Below the pieces are notes generated by a model. It saw only the letters and a program-made list of their open reading frames with translations, ran no database searches and was not told the origin of the DNA. DNA of 63,697 nucleotides, filler included, from Octopus bimaculoides (lineage: Eukaryota), in the NCBI RefSeq assembly GCF_001194135.2. It is 7 parts of 7 records of this genome, joined end to end, with 100 filler letters (N's around TTAATTAATTAA, not from the genome) between each part and the next. Parts side by side here need not be neighbours in the genome. Positions count along the whole stretch, not along the records: positions 33,506 to 54,530 come from NC_068982.1; 6 more parts are not named here. One strand, written 5' to 3'. The translations under genes and the position numbers were made by a program. Below, in pieces: positions 39,959-53,362 of this stretch; positions within the stretch are counted from its first letter, which is position 1; each line of letters begins with the position of its first letter.

Positions 39959-40787
39959 NNNNNNNNNNNNNNNNNNNNNNNNNNNNNNNNNNNNNNNNNN
40001 NNNNNNNNNNNNNNNNNNNNNNNNNNNNNNNNNNNNNNNNNNNNNNNNNNNNNNNNNNNNNNNNNNNNNNNNNNNNNNNNNNNNNNNNNNNNNNNNNNNN
40101 NNNNNNNNNNNNNNNNNNNNNNNNNNNNNNNNNNNNNNNNNNNNNNNNNNNNNNNNNNNNNNNNNNNNNNNNNNNNNNNNNNNNNNNNNNNNNNNNNNNN
40201 NNNNNNNNNNNNNNNNNNNNNNNNNNNNNNNNNNNNNNNNNNNNNNNNNNNNNNNNNNNNNNNNNNNNNNNNNNNNNNNNNNNNNNNNNNNNNNNNNNNN
40301 NNNNNNNNNNNNNNNNNNNNNNNNNNNNNNNNNNNNNNNNNNNNNNNNNNNNNNNNNNNNNNNNNNNNNNNNNNNNNNNNNNNNNNNNNNNNNNNNNNNN
40401 NNNNNNNNNNNNNNNNNNNNNNNNNNNNNNNNNNNNNNNNNNNNNNNNNNNNNNNNNNNNNNNNNNNNNNNNNNNNNNNNNNNNNNNNNNNNNNNNNNNN
40501 NNNNNNNNNNNNNNNNNNNNNNNNNNNNNNNNNNNNNNNNNNNNNNNNNNNNNNNNNNNNNNNNNNNNNNNNNNNNNNNNNNNNNNNNNNNNNNNNNNNN
40601 NNNNNNNNNNNNNNNNNNNNNNNNNNNNNNNNNNNNNNNNNNNNNNNNNNNNNNNNNNNNNNNNNNNNNNNNNNNNNNNNNNNNNNNNNNNNNNNNNNNN
40701 NNNNNNNNNNNNNNNNNNNNNNNNNNNNNNNNNNNNNNNNNNNNNNNNNNNNNNNNNNNNNNNNNNNNNNNNNNNNNNNNNNNNNNN

Positions 40788-40899
40788 GAAGAAGAAGAAG
40801 AAGAAGAAGAAGAAGAAGAAGAAGAAGAAGAAGAAGAAGAAGAAGAAGAAGAAGAAGAAGAAGAAGAAGAAGAAGAAGAAGAAGAAGAAGAAGAAGAAG
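40788..40899. repeat. (GAA)n microsatellite bordering a gap
   Basis: Directly visible. Confidence 0.95.
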
Positions 40900-40904
40900 G
40901 CACT

Positions 40905-41290
40905 GGCTCTTTTGGCTTCTGATCTTAACTGATTGGAAGTGTTGTCATGTACATGTTTTGTCTTGGTGTAAAAGATGGACTACAGCAAATATGCTGCTTA
41001 ATACCACAGATTTGGTAGTCAGTTGCTTGACTTTTACCAGTTGAACATGTCCCTTGGTGGTTAACGATATGTGCATATCTGATTATGAGCAGAAGTATTG
41101 GGAGTGCATCATAGCTATGTGTTGAGAGGAAGTTTGGAGGGTTTGACTAATTCACCACTGGAAACATGGGTGTTTCGTTCGATATCTTAAACAACCCTTA
41201 TTCAGGGACCTTTTGAGCAGGATAGGCTTCTCGACTGAAGAAAATTCTAAATGGGCCCCACCTGTCATGTCATGTGCTGTCTATCTTTCG
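40905..41290. repeat. Interspersed repeat; its end recurs inverted at about 22935-22980
   Basis: CCTTATTCAGGGACCTTTTGAGC at about 41200 is the reverse complement of GCTCAAAAGGTCCCTGAATAAGG at about 22945. Confidence 0.6.
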
Positions 41291-41339
41291 ATGCCAGTAT
41301 TGTGCTCTCAGTTTACTTTTTAAATGCTCCTTTCTTTAA

Positions 41340-42360
41340 CCAGTCCCAGCTATGTTCTCCAGCAACTTTAGTTATATTTACATGAAACTGATTGTCTAGT
41401 CCCTTGTTGCATATGCTTCTTCATGTCCTTCTTTTACCTTTGTTTTTATTTTTATTTTTACCTGCCTTCAACATGTCCTCATCTATAACTTCCACTAGCA
41501 AGGTTTCCTCATTTTAGGTTAGATATCTCAGCCAAGCCTCACGTTCAATATGCACACAATCTACCTCATTTATCAGTCTTCTATCTACCACTAGCTTTCT
41601 TCATATATTGGTGATGAAGGTTTGCACGTGGATGATGGGCTCCATGCATGGTTAGAATCTTTCTTGTCTTCCTGTTCAACTCTTTTAGCTCATCCTTTGT
41701 CCACTTCAGAACCCCAACTGCATACCAAACTACTGTGACTCCGTGCAAGTTTTGCTGAAATTATGTTTCTGGAATTCAACGTTGAATCCAATATCTTTTC
41801 CAATTGCTGTAGATACTTTTCCTTTGTCTCATTATGCTTAATTCCATCTGCCTCAAATATTCTTATGTATTTATATCCGGATTCTGTTCAATTACCTTCA
41901 TCATTTCCTCGTCTCATCTCCATCCCAGCTCATTTTGTTGAAAGTCTAACTATCTTGATATCATCTCAGAAAATTCGCACAAAATGGACTAGACTGTCCA
42001 GTTCTACCTCACTTTTTGTAAACAACAATCAATAAATAGTAGATGATTAAGCTTTCCTTTATCACTTCCCAGATCATATCCCCAACTTTGTCTTGTGCAG
42101 TATTTCACTCAAGGGAATCATTCCCAGCACAAAGATCAATGAGGATGCATTGCTCCCTTCCTCTCCTCACTTTCAATTCTCCAAACACTTGATTTACCTG
42201 TTGTCAGTTCAGTTCTACATTTCATACTATTCCTTATAAGGAATTTGTGTACCTTCTCTCGCAGTTCCTGATGATTTATCTTGTCAATTTTAAGCTGGTC
42301 TGTCATTCTTCGGTTCCTCTTTCGACACCCTTTCTTTTCAGTTAGTGCAGTTTCCACATT
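41340..42360 (-). mobile_element. R4/Dong-like RT remnant
   Basis: Degraded GYKYI...EADGIKH...KEKY...LNSRNII and HPRANLH motifs typical of this clade. Confidence 0.6.
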
Positions 42361-42544
42361 AGCTGAAGACACGTTATTGGTTGAAAGCTGAATATAATAT
42401 TACCCATTCCGAAATCTTTGACATATAACATATATGCTTTATCTAATAACCTTGGAATTTTATTATTTACATTATTTACATTTGACGGATATTTGTTTAT
42501 TGGGTATATCAGCCGAAACGTGTTAACAACAAACAGGCTGCAAA

Positions 42545-42830
42545 GACTGCGTGTACTCCATCCTATGCAGCTGTGGTAGGATATACAATGTCGAAACATG
42601 CTGCCCCTCAAAATAAGGGTAAACGAACATCGCAAAGCTGATATAGCTGATCATGTATGGGGAAATGGAGACCACCTTCCTCTGTGGGATGATGTTAAAA
42701 TAATAGAGAACACCACTGGAAAATACGAAAACTAAAAGAAGCAGCACATATGTTAGGACACAACAACCTCCTAAGCAGACCGAGTGCATATATAAGCAGC
42801 ATATGGGAACCGGTATTAAGGAAGGATAGA
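42545..42830 (+). mobile_element. Penelope-like GIY-YIG endonuclease fragment
   Basis: VYSILCSCGRIYNVETCC, frameshift, then LKIRVNEHRKA...IADHVW; resembles VYxIPCxCGxxYIGETxRxLxxRxxEH. Confidence 0.7.
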
Positions 42831-42877
42831 AAAATATTAGACTTATAAGCCCTAAAATTCACTCCCTAATTGCCCAC

Positions 42878-43215
42878 GGGCATATGGCGTAGTAGTTAAG
42901 AGCGCGGGCTAATAACCCCAAGATTCCGAGTTCGATTCCAGGTAGTGACCTGAATGATAATAATAATAATAATAATAATAATAACGATAACAACNNNNNN
43001 NNNNATAATAATAATAATAATAATAATAACGATAACAACAACATCAAAAAATACCTTAGGAATGAGAACCCAGTTTCGAAATTTCTCTAAGTCACCTGCA
43101 GAAGGCTGGAGGGTATATCAGCCGAAACGTTGTGTTAACAACAAACAAGATGAGAACAAACATCCGTCAAATGTAAATAATGTACATAATTCCTCATCTC
43201 TTAATTATAGAACTG
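42878..43215 (+). mobile_element. tRNA-derived SINE with hammerhead-like, Penelope-type 3' tail
   Basis: A-box-like TGGCGTAGTAG and B-box GAGTTCGATTCC, then a (TAA)n spacer, then CAC CTGCAGA A GGCTG gagggtatat CAGCC GAAAC GTT GTG at 43093-43134. Confidence 0.7.
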
Positions 43216-43262
43216 TATTGGAGTTTTATGTATCTGTCTTTTTATATTTTCTTATTTCTTTA

Positions 43263-43445
43263 CTACCCACAAGGGACCAAACATAGAGGGGACAAACAAG
43301 GACAGACAAGGGGATTAAGTCGATTACATCGACTGCAGTGCGTAACTGGTACTTAATTTATTGACCTCGAAATGATGAAAGGCGAAGTCGACCTTGACGG
43401 AATTTGAACTCAGAACGTAACGGCAGACGAAATACCGCTAAGCAT
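43263..43445 (-). mobile_element. Family-1 SINE
   Basis: Reverse complement of the copy at 23650-23882. Confidence 0.85.
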
Positions 43446-43699
43446 ATTCTGCTCTGTCTAAATTGTTTTGTTCTATTGTCCTAATTTGCCAATTTTGCCT
43501 TGATTGCTACAGTACTTTGTTTCAATTCTTCCACTATTACATCATATTCTTTATTTTTTTTTCTAAATATTCTTTTCATTCTAATTCTTATTTTTTCGTT
43601 TTATAATTACCCCCTTTTTCAATCTATCAGCTTATCTCAAATATCTGCGCCAATATGGTTCTTTACCTACTGTTTGATCTATTCTTTTGTATCGAATTA

Positions 43700-44760
43700 T
43701 TATTTTTTGATGAAAACTCTCAGCTTATTTTGCTGGGTATGATGGAAAGTGTCAGCTGTCCACAACCAACAGACTAAGGTGACACTTGTTTACTGGTCAT
43801 GCTTAAAAACCCCTGCGAAGAATTCTTGCAGTTCCAAGCAATGCTTATTTCTATAAGTGTTCTATCCTTATATTTGTACCAATGTTTTTGATCCATGTTG
43901 CTAGTTGAGTGCTGATACTTCAAAGTTCGCCAATTACTATTGGTATCACGTCTACTCTCCTCATTGACCCCAACCTCCGTATTTCCTACTTCAAATCGAC
44001 GTAGTTCAGTTTTTCTTCTTTCTCTTTGATCCTGTTGTCATCGGGACATGTTATGTCGATTATCATGCAAGTTCTATCTTTTTTATTCACCACAACAATG
44101 TCCGGTTTCCGATATCTGGTCAGATGATAGCAATGAATCATTTGAATCCCACAGGATTTTCAACCTTCATTCTGGACGACTCCTTCTGGGGTTTGCTCAT
44201 ACCATGACTTTACTCTTTGTAGGCAGTGATTTCCACTAAGCTCCCAATGAATCACTCTTGCCACATTGTCATCTTTTGTAATCACGTTCTGTCAATTTCG
44301 GGTATTCGCTAACAATGTGCCACACCGTTTCGCGCCCTTCACCACACATTCTGTGGTTGTCGCTCTCCGTAGTGTTGTCGACTCTACACTTCACATAGTC
44401 CTTAACGCTTGTTCTTGTGCTGCGATATTAGCGCTTCTGTCTCTAACTTCAGGTCACCCCTCCTCATCTATAGCTCAGGTCACTCCTCCTCATCTATATC
44501 TGTCTTGGCATTCGTATCTCTTGCAAACTGACCGTACATTTTTCTCCTTCTATGATGTTTCTTTTTTTGTTTTCTTTATCTCTTTAAGTTTTTCTTTATT
44601 TATACAATTATCAATTTTGATGACGCCGAACGTTTTTATATGTTTCAACAATGGTTCCACGGTATTTTTTGCAGTCCACCCTAAACTGGTTTCCTCTGTT
44701 TCGATACAATCCTGGCAACTGATCAAACCTCGCCCACCCTTTCTTCTAAACAAGCACCGC
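43700..44760 (-). mobile_element. R4/Dong-like non-LTR retrotransposon, 3' portion, degraded
   Basis: GGRGLISCQDCIETEE...AAQEQALRT...DDNVARVIHWEL...WYEQTPE...KPDIVVVNK: RT tail, zinc-knuckle region and REL endonuclease, with many stops and frameshifts. A (TTA)n/(TTG)n tract abuts it. Confidence 0.8.
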
Positions 44761-44761
44761 C

Positions 44762-44810
<49 letters not shown>

Positions 44811-46492
44811 GTTGTTGTTGTTGTTGTTGTTATTACTGTTGTTGTTGTTGTTGTTGTTGTTGTTATTGTTGTCGGTGTTGTTTCTGCTGTTGTTGCTGCT
44901 CTTCTTGTACTTTTATATTTTGAGTTCAAATCCTGTTGGGCACAAATTTATCTTTCATCTCTCAAGGATTGACAAAAATAAGCATGAGTCAAGTCCTGTC
45001 ACCCATTCTATCAACGGCTCTCCTACTTTTCTTCCCCTTACCATCCATAATATTGTGTTCACTTCCAGCTCCCTCATGAACCACTATGCGCAGCCCTTCC
45101 ACCTCGGAACTTTGATCCACTAGAATTCCCTCCCTACACATGATATTCTTTTGTCCGCTGATTTACATCTATTCAAGAGGAATGATCGGGTATCAGTGAT
45201 GAAGTCCTGTAAATGTCAAGCGCACTCCTTCCTCCGGCACCTCAAAAAACAACATAGGACTTAGAGTCGTCCCTCAAGATAAAGATGACCTTCTTGTGAG
45301 TAGAAGTAACAATACAGTTTCAAATCATGTGAGAAGTCTCTTAATTTGTCTTATAAAACTAATACAACTTTTAGAAACGCACGAACGTCCCACATTCTCT
45401 CTCCCCCACTCCTAGGTGAGGATCAGATACCGCAACAGTTTCTGGGTTCAAAGTCCACAGCTCTTCAATGTAATTCCAAAAGAATTAAGAAATCTACACA
45501 TTAGACGTTCTCCTACCCACGATACTAAATGAACCATCGTCCCGGGCGGGTGTGAAATGAAAGAAACTTGGTCGTTATTTCTAGCAATTCCAATCAATTA
45601 TGAAGAAGACTGTGTGTAAGTTCAGAGAAATCTGGGATAATCTTATCCCAACTCCCCTGATAAGTCTGTGAACGTATGAGTGACATGAGATTATAGGAGG
45701 TTCATGCTTGTCTAAAAGACAGGTGTATAAGAGAAGTTAAATGATTTCAAGCATGATTAGACACGACGTTGCCATTTCTGCTCGCCAGGAGCTCATTTTG
45801 TTGTCATTTCTAGCATTGTAGCAACCACGTTGAATGTCCCTCGTTTTCACCTGGCTAACTGATATTGGCCAGGGCGTAAACAGGCAAAATCGACAACGTC
45901 TATCAGTGTTCGAATTTGGACACCGAACATGAAAACCAGAAACGAAATATAAGCAATGAACAAATCTAGTGAGTTATCACACTAACCAAAGCTTCAGCCT
46001 TTTGCTTGTCTCCATATTAAGTAACGGCGGCGGCAAACGTCTTCCATTAATATTTTACTTTCCTCCATAATGGCGAACAAAAACATGTTATCGATTATGA
46101 GCGCTGCTCGGTGGGAAATCGGTTAAACCTAACTTAGTTGCACACGTAGTGGAGCGTGTTATTGTATTTTGGTGTCCAATGGTGCGTGACAAGGAGGAAT
46201 ATAAAAGATGAGTTAAGGATTGGAACAAGCGGAACATGAGAAACACAACGTTTATGTATGTGTGTGTAGTTATATGTATTTCTGTGTATGCGTTTGTGTG
46301 TGTGTATATGTTTGTGTGTTTGTGTATGTTTGTGTGTGTGTGTATGTTTGTGCTTGTGTATGAAGTGGGAGGTAAGAAAAGTGAGTGTGAGAACCAAGGA
46401 AAGTAACGAAAACATGCACACAGAGACAAGTCGACAAACACACGTATATCTATGTGCATGTATATATATACTTACATACGCACATATACGTA

Positions 46493-46540
<48 letters not shown>

Positions 46541-47193
46541 NNNNNNNNNNNNNNNNNNNNNNNNNNNNNNNNNNNNNNNNNNNNNNNNNNNNNNNNNNNN
46601 NNNNNNNNNNNNNNNNNNNNNNNNNNNNNNNNNNNNNNNNNNNNNNNNNNNNNNNNNNNNNNNNNNNNNNNNNNNNNNNNNNNNNNNNNNNNNNNNNNNN
46701 NNNNNNNNNNNNNNNNNNNNNNNNNNNNNNNNNNNNNNNNNNNNNNNNNNNNNNNNNNNNNNNNNNNNNNNNNNNNNNNNNNNNNNNNNNNNNNNNNNNN
46801 NNNNNNNNNNNNNNNNNNNNNNNNNNNNNNNNNNNNNNNNNNNNNNNNNNNNNNNNNNNNNNNNNNNNNNNNNNNNNNNNNNNNNNNNNNNNNNNNNNNN
46901 NNNNNNNNNNNNNNNNNNNNNNNNNNNNNNNNNNNNNNNNNNNNNNNNNNNNNNNNNNNNNNNNNNNNNNNNNNNNNNNNNNNNNNNNNNNNNNNNNNNN
47001 NNNNNNNNNNNNNNNNNNNNNNNTATATATACATATATGTATATATATATATATATATATAGATCTCTCTCTCTCTCTCTCTCTCTCTCACATAAATACA
47101 CACACACATACAAGCATGTGTTCGTGTGTGTGTGTCTCTCTCTCTATATATATATATATGTGCATGTGTGTGTATACATATGTATCTTTTATC

Positions 47194-47644
47194 TTTTACT
47201 TGTTTCAGTCATTTGACTAAGGCCATGCTGGGGCACAGCCTTGACGAGTTTTTAATCGAACAAATCGATCCTAAAACTTTTTTTTTAGCCTAGTACTTAT
47301 TCTATCAGTCTCTTCTACCGAACCGGTAAGTTACGGAGACGTAAACAAACCAACACCGGTTGTCAAGTGAAGATGAGAGACAAACACAGACACAGAGTCA
47401 CACACATACACACAAACACATACACACGCACACACACACATAACACATACATACACACACACTCACATATATATATACGACGGGCTTCTTTCAGTTTCCG
47501 TGTACCAAATCCATTCACAAGCTTTTGGCCGGCCGAAGGCTATAGCAAAAGACACTTGCTCAAGGTGCCCAGTGTGGCATCCAACTGAGCCCTGAACCAT
47601 GTGATTAGGAAGCAAGCTTTCTACCACACAGCCACGCCTGCGCC
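47194..47644 (-). mobile_element. Adjacent family-2 repeat (47194-47378) and family-3 tRNA-SINE (47476-47644)
   Basis: TTTACTTGTTTCAGTCATTTGACT...TAGTACTTATTCTATC block and CAGTTTCCG...AAGCAAG...CACAGCCACGCCTGCGCC block. The same pair recurs at 55235-55662. Confidence 0.8.
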
Positions 47645-48608
47645 TATATATATATATGTGTGTGTATGTGTGTGTGTATAAATATACGTATATATACGAG
47701 TGAGTGGACGATGAAAGAACGGCACTCAACATATTATTGAGAGCTCAAATTCAAAAGCGCTGACGACAAGCATCAGGCTTGAAACTCAAGAGTGCCAATG
47801 AATATGAATCAAATTGTTTTGATCGATATATATNNNNNNNNNNNNNNNNNNNNNNNNNNNNNNNNNNNNNNNNNNNNNNNNNNNNNNNNNNNNNNNNNNN
47901 NNNNNNNNNNNNNNNNNNNNNNNNNNNNNNNNNNNNNNNNNNNNNNNNNNNNNNNNNNNNNNNNNNNNNNNNNNNNNNNNNNNNNNNNNNNNNNNNNNNN
48001 NNNNNNNNNNNNNNNNNNNNNNNNNNNNNNNNNNNNNNNNNNNNNNNNNNNNNNNNNNNNNNNNNNNNNNNNNNNNNNNNNNNNNNNNNNNNNNNNNNNN
48101 NNNNNNNNNNNNNNNNNNNNNNNNNNNNNNNNNNNNNNNNNNNNNNNNNNNNNNNNNNNNNNNNNNNNNNNNNNNNNNNNNNNNNNNNNNNNNNNNNNNN
48201 NNNNNNNNNNNNNNNNNNNNNNNNNNNNNNNNNNNNNNNNNNNNNNNNNNNNNNNNNNNNNNNNNNNNNNNNNNNNNNNNNNNNNNNNNNNNNNNNNNNN
48301 NNNNNNNNNNNNNNNNNNNNNNNNNNNNNNNNNNNNNNNNNNNNNNNNNNNNNNNNNNNNNNNNNNNNNNNNNNNNNNNNNNNNNNNNNNNNNNNNNNNN
48401 NNNNNNNNNNNNNNNNNNNNNNNNNNNNNNNNNNNNNNNNNNNNNNNNNNNNNNNNNNNNNNNNNNNNNNNNNNNNNNNNNNNNNNATACATACATACAT
48501 ACATACATACATATGAGGCTTCGGAGTTCACCTGACTCCAATTTCTTGCAACGGTGGTACTTTTTAGTACCATAACGTTTTTAAACTTGCCTGAACGGCA
48601 AGTATGTA

Positions 48609-48656
<48 letters not shown>

Positions 48657-48971
48657 TGTGTGTGTGTGTATGTGTGTATAATCCAAAAGACGGAGAAAAA
48701 GCACACGAAAAAAACAACGTGAGGACGTGGTACATGAAAAGTATTAATAAAATGCTCAGGGAAGAAAAGAAAGGGTGGTTGTTTTACATTTCGAGCAAAG
48801 AACTATAGAAACAGGAGACAGAGGAAAGTCCAAAAGAAAAGGATGACGGAAGAAAAAAATCACCAACAATCCACGTGTTACATATATATACATATATATG
48901 TATGTGTATATAGGTAAAATATACATGTATACATATGTTCATACACATTATATTAGTATACATATATGTGT

Positions 48972-49005
<34 letters not shown>

Positions 49006-49440
49006 NNNNNNNNNNNNNNNNNNNNNNNNNNNNNNNNNNNNNNNNNNNNNNNNNNNNNNNNNNNNNNNNNNNNNNNNNNNNNNNNNNNNNNNNNNNNNNN
49101 NNNNNNNNNNNNNNNNNNNNNNNNNNNNNNNNNNNNNNNNNNNNNNNNNNNNNNNNNNNNNNNNNNNNNNNNNNNNNNNNNNNNNNNNNNNNNNNNNNNN
49201 NNNNNNNNNNNNNNNNNNNNNNNNNNNNNNNNNNNNNNNNNNNNNNNNNNNNNNNNNNNNNNNNNNNNNNNNNNNNNNNNNNNNNNNNNNNNNNNNNNNN
49301 NNNNNNNNNNNNNNNNNNNNNNNNNNNNNNNNNNNNNNNNNNNNNNNNNNNNNNNNNNNNNNNNNNNNNNNNNNNNNNNNNNNNNNNNNNNNNNNNNNNN
49401 NNNNNNNNNNNNNNNNNNNNNNNNNNNNNNNNNNNNNNNN

Positions 49441-49474
<34 letters not shown>

Positions 49475-51417
49475 TGATATATACATGTTCTGCTGTGTCT
49501 GGGGAAAGTCATTTTCTTTTTGTGTCTTATAATTTAACACATTCACCCGTAAAATATCCACTTATTCCTTATTTTTATTTTCCTAAAATTTTCATTGCGT
49601 TTTGCAACCTTTTAATAGTCTTATCATCAGGCTGTAGCTGGTATAATAAAACAGAAGCTTTTGTATGCATATTCAAAACGTTGCCCGTAAATGAAATTAA
49701 ATGTTATTTATACATGACAAGCTGGATTATTTTGTGCTTAAGTTATTAGTTAAATTTATTCGTGGAGCAGTGAATGTTGTCTTCTTTTTACATTCCAATT
49801 TACTGACAACGAACAGTGCAAAGATACCACTTTATATGTCTCATTAGACTTTTAAGACTGATGTAGTGCCGTGGTTCAGCTTGATTTTTCTGCAGTTTAT
49901 GCTTGTCGAGAAAATGAGGCAAGGTATATGCTCCAGAAAGTGCTCCTTGGGGTGGGAAAATGTTTCAGGCAAAGTGCTTAGAACGGTATTTAATACATAA
50001 GCCTCAATAGGGGCGAAGAGAGAAATGGAGATGGGTGAAAGTGGTGAGCATGGGCGTTACACAGTTTATAAGTTTACAGTAACTATAACGACAGTAATGG
50101 TGGTTGTAGGGATAGAGGTACGATATAGAATATTGGTGTGCAGTGGGTGCAATTCATTAATGAGGTTTGAAAATCAGCCATTTCGTTGCGTGAAGAGCAG
50201 CTGCTCCGTTGAAGATATGTGTGCGGTAATTTAGTGCAGCGTTTGTTCAAAATATCAACGTTGCTAGATTTATGCCTCAATTTTATTAAAAAATGCTTTT
50301 GCTTTTATTCCGGTAGTGTAATATCTCGACTACCATCAGCTTTCTCTTGATACCTCACTCAGTCTTTGTACATGCAAGTAGCTATCTATTTTAGACAGAT
50401 GTATTTGGAGGCTTATAGAGATAGATAAATAGATAGATGGCTAGATTGATGATTAGACAGATGTGTATGTGTGTTTACGTACACAAATACGCACACATAC
50501 GCACGCACACATGCACACACACACACACATGCATTCACACATACACACACACATATAGAGAGATAAATAGATAGATGTCTAGATCGATAGATAGGAAGAT
50601 GACACAAATATATATATATATATATATATANNNNNNNNNNNNNNNNNNNNNNNNNNNNNNNNNNNNNNNNNNNNNNNNNNNNNNNNNNNNNNNNNNNNNN
50701 NNNNNNNNNNNNNNNNNNNNNNNNNNNNNNNNNNNNNNNNNNNNNNNNNNNNNNNNNNNNNNNNNNNNNNNNNNNNNNNNNNNNNNNNNNNNNNNNNNNN
50801 NNNNNNNNNNNNNNNNNNNNNNNNNNNNNNNNNNNNNNNNNNNNNNNNNNNNNNNNNNNNNNNNNNNNNNNNNNNNNNNNNNNNNNNNNNNNNNNNNNNN
50901 NNNNNNNNNNNNNNNNNNNNNNNNNNNNNNNNNNNNNNNNNNNNNNNNNNNNNNNNNNNNNNNNNNNNNNNNNNNNNNNNNNNNNNNNNNNNNNNNNNNN
51001 NNNNNNNNNNNNNNNNNNNNNNNNNNNNNNNNNNNNNNNNNNNNNNNNNNNNNNNNNNNNNNNNNNNNNNNNNNNNNNNNNNNNNNNNNNNNNNNNNNNN
51101 NNNNNNNNNNNNNNNNNNNNNNNNNNNNNNNNNNNNNNNNNNNNNNNNNNNNNNNNNNNNNNNNNNNNNNNNNNNNNNNNNNNNNNNNNNNNNNNNNNNN
51201 NNNNNNNNNNNNNNNNNNNNNNNNNNNNNNNNNNNNNNNNNNNNNNNNNNNNNNNNNNNNNNNNNNNNNNNNNNNNNNNNNNNNNNNNNNNNNNNNNNNN
51301 NNNNNNNNNNNNNNNNNNNNNNNNNNNNNNNNNNNNNNNNNNNNNNNNNNNNNNNNNNNNNNNNNNNNNNNNNNNNNNNNGTATGCATGTATGTATGTAT
51401 GTATGTGTGAATGTATG

Positions 51418-51449
<32 letters not shown>

Positions 51450-52163
51450 TTAAGGAAAAAGGAAAAAGCTTTTTGTAATACAAGTATTCGTAGGCATTAT
51501 TATGCCCCACCTCTACATATCAACGTGTGATCGCTCATTGTTCTCTTTTTTTCTATCTCTACCCGTCACACATTTTGAATATAAATACGGTGATTAATCG
51601 ATTGGAGGTAATATTTATTGGTTTATAAATCGATTTTTCTCAAGATTCATCAAGGGATATGCATGCATTTAGGTTTGAATATGCAGGTCATGTTTATGTG
51701 TGTGCACGCACACACACACATACACATACACACACACACGCATACATATATAGATACACAGGTAAATATATAAATATATATATGCTCGCATACCTACTTA
51801 ATATATATACATATGTATATACACATACACGCGTGAAAATATACATGTATTTATATATGTATATATATTTCTGAATCAATATTGTGTATTACACGCCTAC
51901 CCCACTACACACACACAAACATGTACACACATTGTGTTCGAAATTGTCTGACAAAATACTGAAACCGAAATCATGTGTTGAAACAAATAGTCTCGCGTCA
52001 ATTTGCTAATATAAACACATACACTGATTTTAATTCACTTCCTTATTAATACATACTTAATAGATTAATTATTGATTAGAATCTTCTATCACACATCTGC
52101 GAGCTTTTCAATGGTTTCCCTGTCGACAAGGGGTTTTCTTCCCTGTCAAGTTCAGTATTTATA

Positions 52164-53362
52164 CAGTGTGCGTAAGATTTATGTTTATAAAAAACAGAAA
52201 CTGATATATAACAACAGATAATAACTTTGTTTATCAAAAAATGCTATGAGGATAAAAATAAACCTTCTTTTCTATAATGTTATTCAATAAAGCGACCTTC
52301 AGCTTCAGCAACTGATTCTATATGAGATCTAAATCATCTACATGCTCGAATTAAGTGGTCCTTGTTCATTTTGGACATTACTCTGACTATGGCAGCTTTC
52401 AAAGAATCTTTGCTGTTATGGGCATGTTCATTGAACTCTCTCTCAACAATTCTCCACATGTAATAGTCCAATGGATTCAGATCTGGGGGATTAGGAGGCC
52501 AAATGTTAGGGGTTACGAGATCATGAACATTTTCAACCATCAATTCCTGTGTTACTAGAGCCATGTGTGATAGTGAAGAGTCTTACTGAAACACATATGG
52601 CCTTCCATTGCATACACTGTCTATCCAAGGCTTAACAATTGTTTCCAGGACCTCAATTTAAGCGGTAGAGTTAACTTTAAGTCTTTGTGGAAAAANNNNN
52701 NNNNNNNNNNNNNNNNNNNNNNNNNNNNNNNNNNNNNNNNNNNNNNNNNNNNNNNNNNNNNNNNNNNNNNNNNNNNNNNNNNNNNNNNNNNNNNNNNNNN
52801 NNNNNNNNNNNNNNNNNNNNNNNNNNNNNNNNNNNNNNNNNNNNNNNNNNNNNNNNNNNNNNNNNNNNNNNNNNNNNNNNNNNNNNNNNNNNNNNNNNNN
52901 NNNNNNNNNNNNNNNNNNNNNNNNNNNNCTTATATCTGATGTCTTCATGGATAAAATTTCTGACTGTTCCATCTGACACATGATCTTTTGCAATTGACCT
53001 CATAGACTTTCTGGAATTGTAATCAATGGTTTGTTGAACTTGCTGGATAAATCCAGGTGTTCTGATGATTTCAGAGCAATTAGAATGCTTTTTATGCTTT
53101 GATACTGGTGATACGTTTCCATCTTCGGTCTTTAACTCCTTACAAACTTTGTAAATGAAAGATCTGGCATCTTTTAAAAATCGAGATATTTCTAAATCGC
53201 TGTGCTCAGCCTTTATAACCACAATAACAGCATGCCTCTTCATTTCTTGAGTAAGCTTAGGGTCTAGCATTACTATTTTCTGAAACAAAGATTATGTAGA
53301 GTTAGCAAAAAATGTAGCAATGACCCAAAAAGGGCATATGCTCAAATACCTTACGCACCCTG
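52164..53362 (-). mobile_element. Defective Tc1/mariner transposon, DD37D (maT) type
   Basis: TA-flanked TIRs (CAGTGTGCGTAAG... / ...CTTACGCACCCTG). HTH-like N-terminus MKRHAVIV...HEDIRYK. C-terminus FQ*DSSLSH...WPPNPPDLNPLDYY has 37 residues between the second and third D. In-frame stops are present and an N gap covers the first D. Confidence 0.85.
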
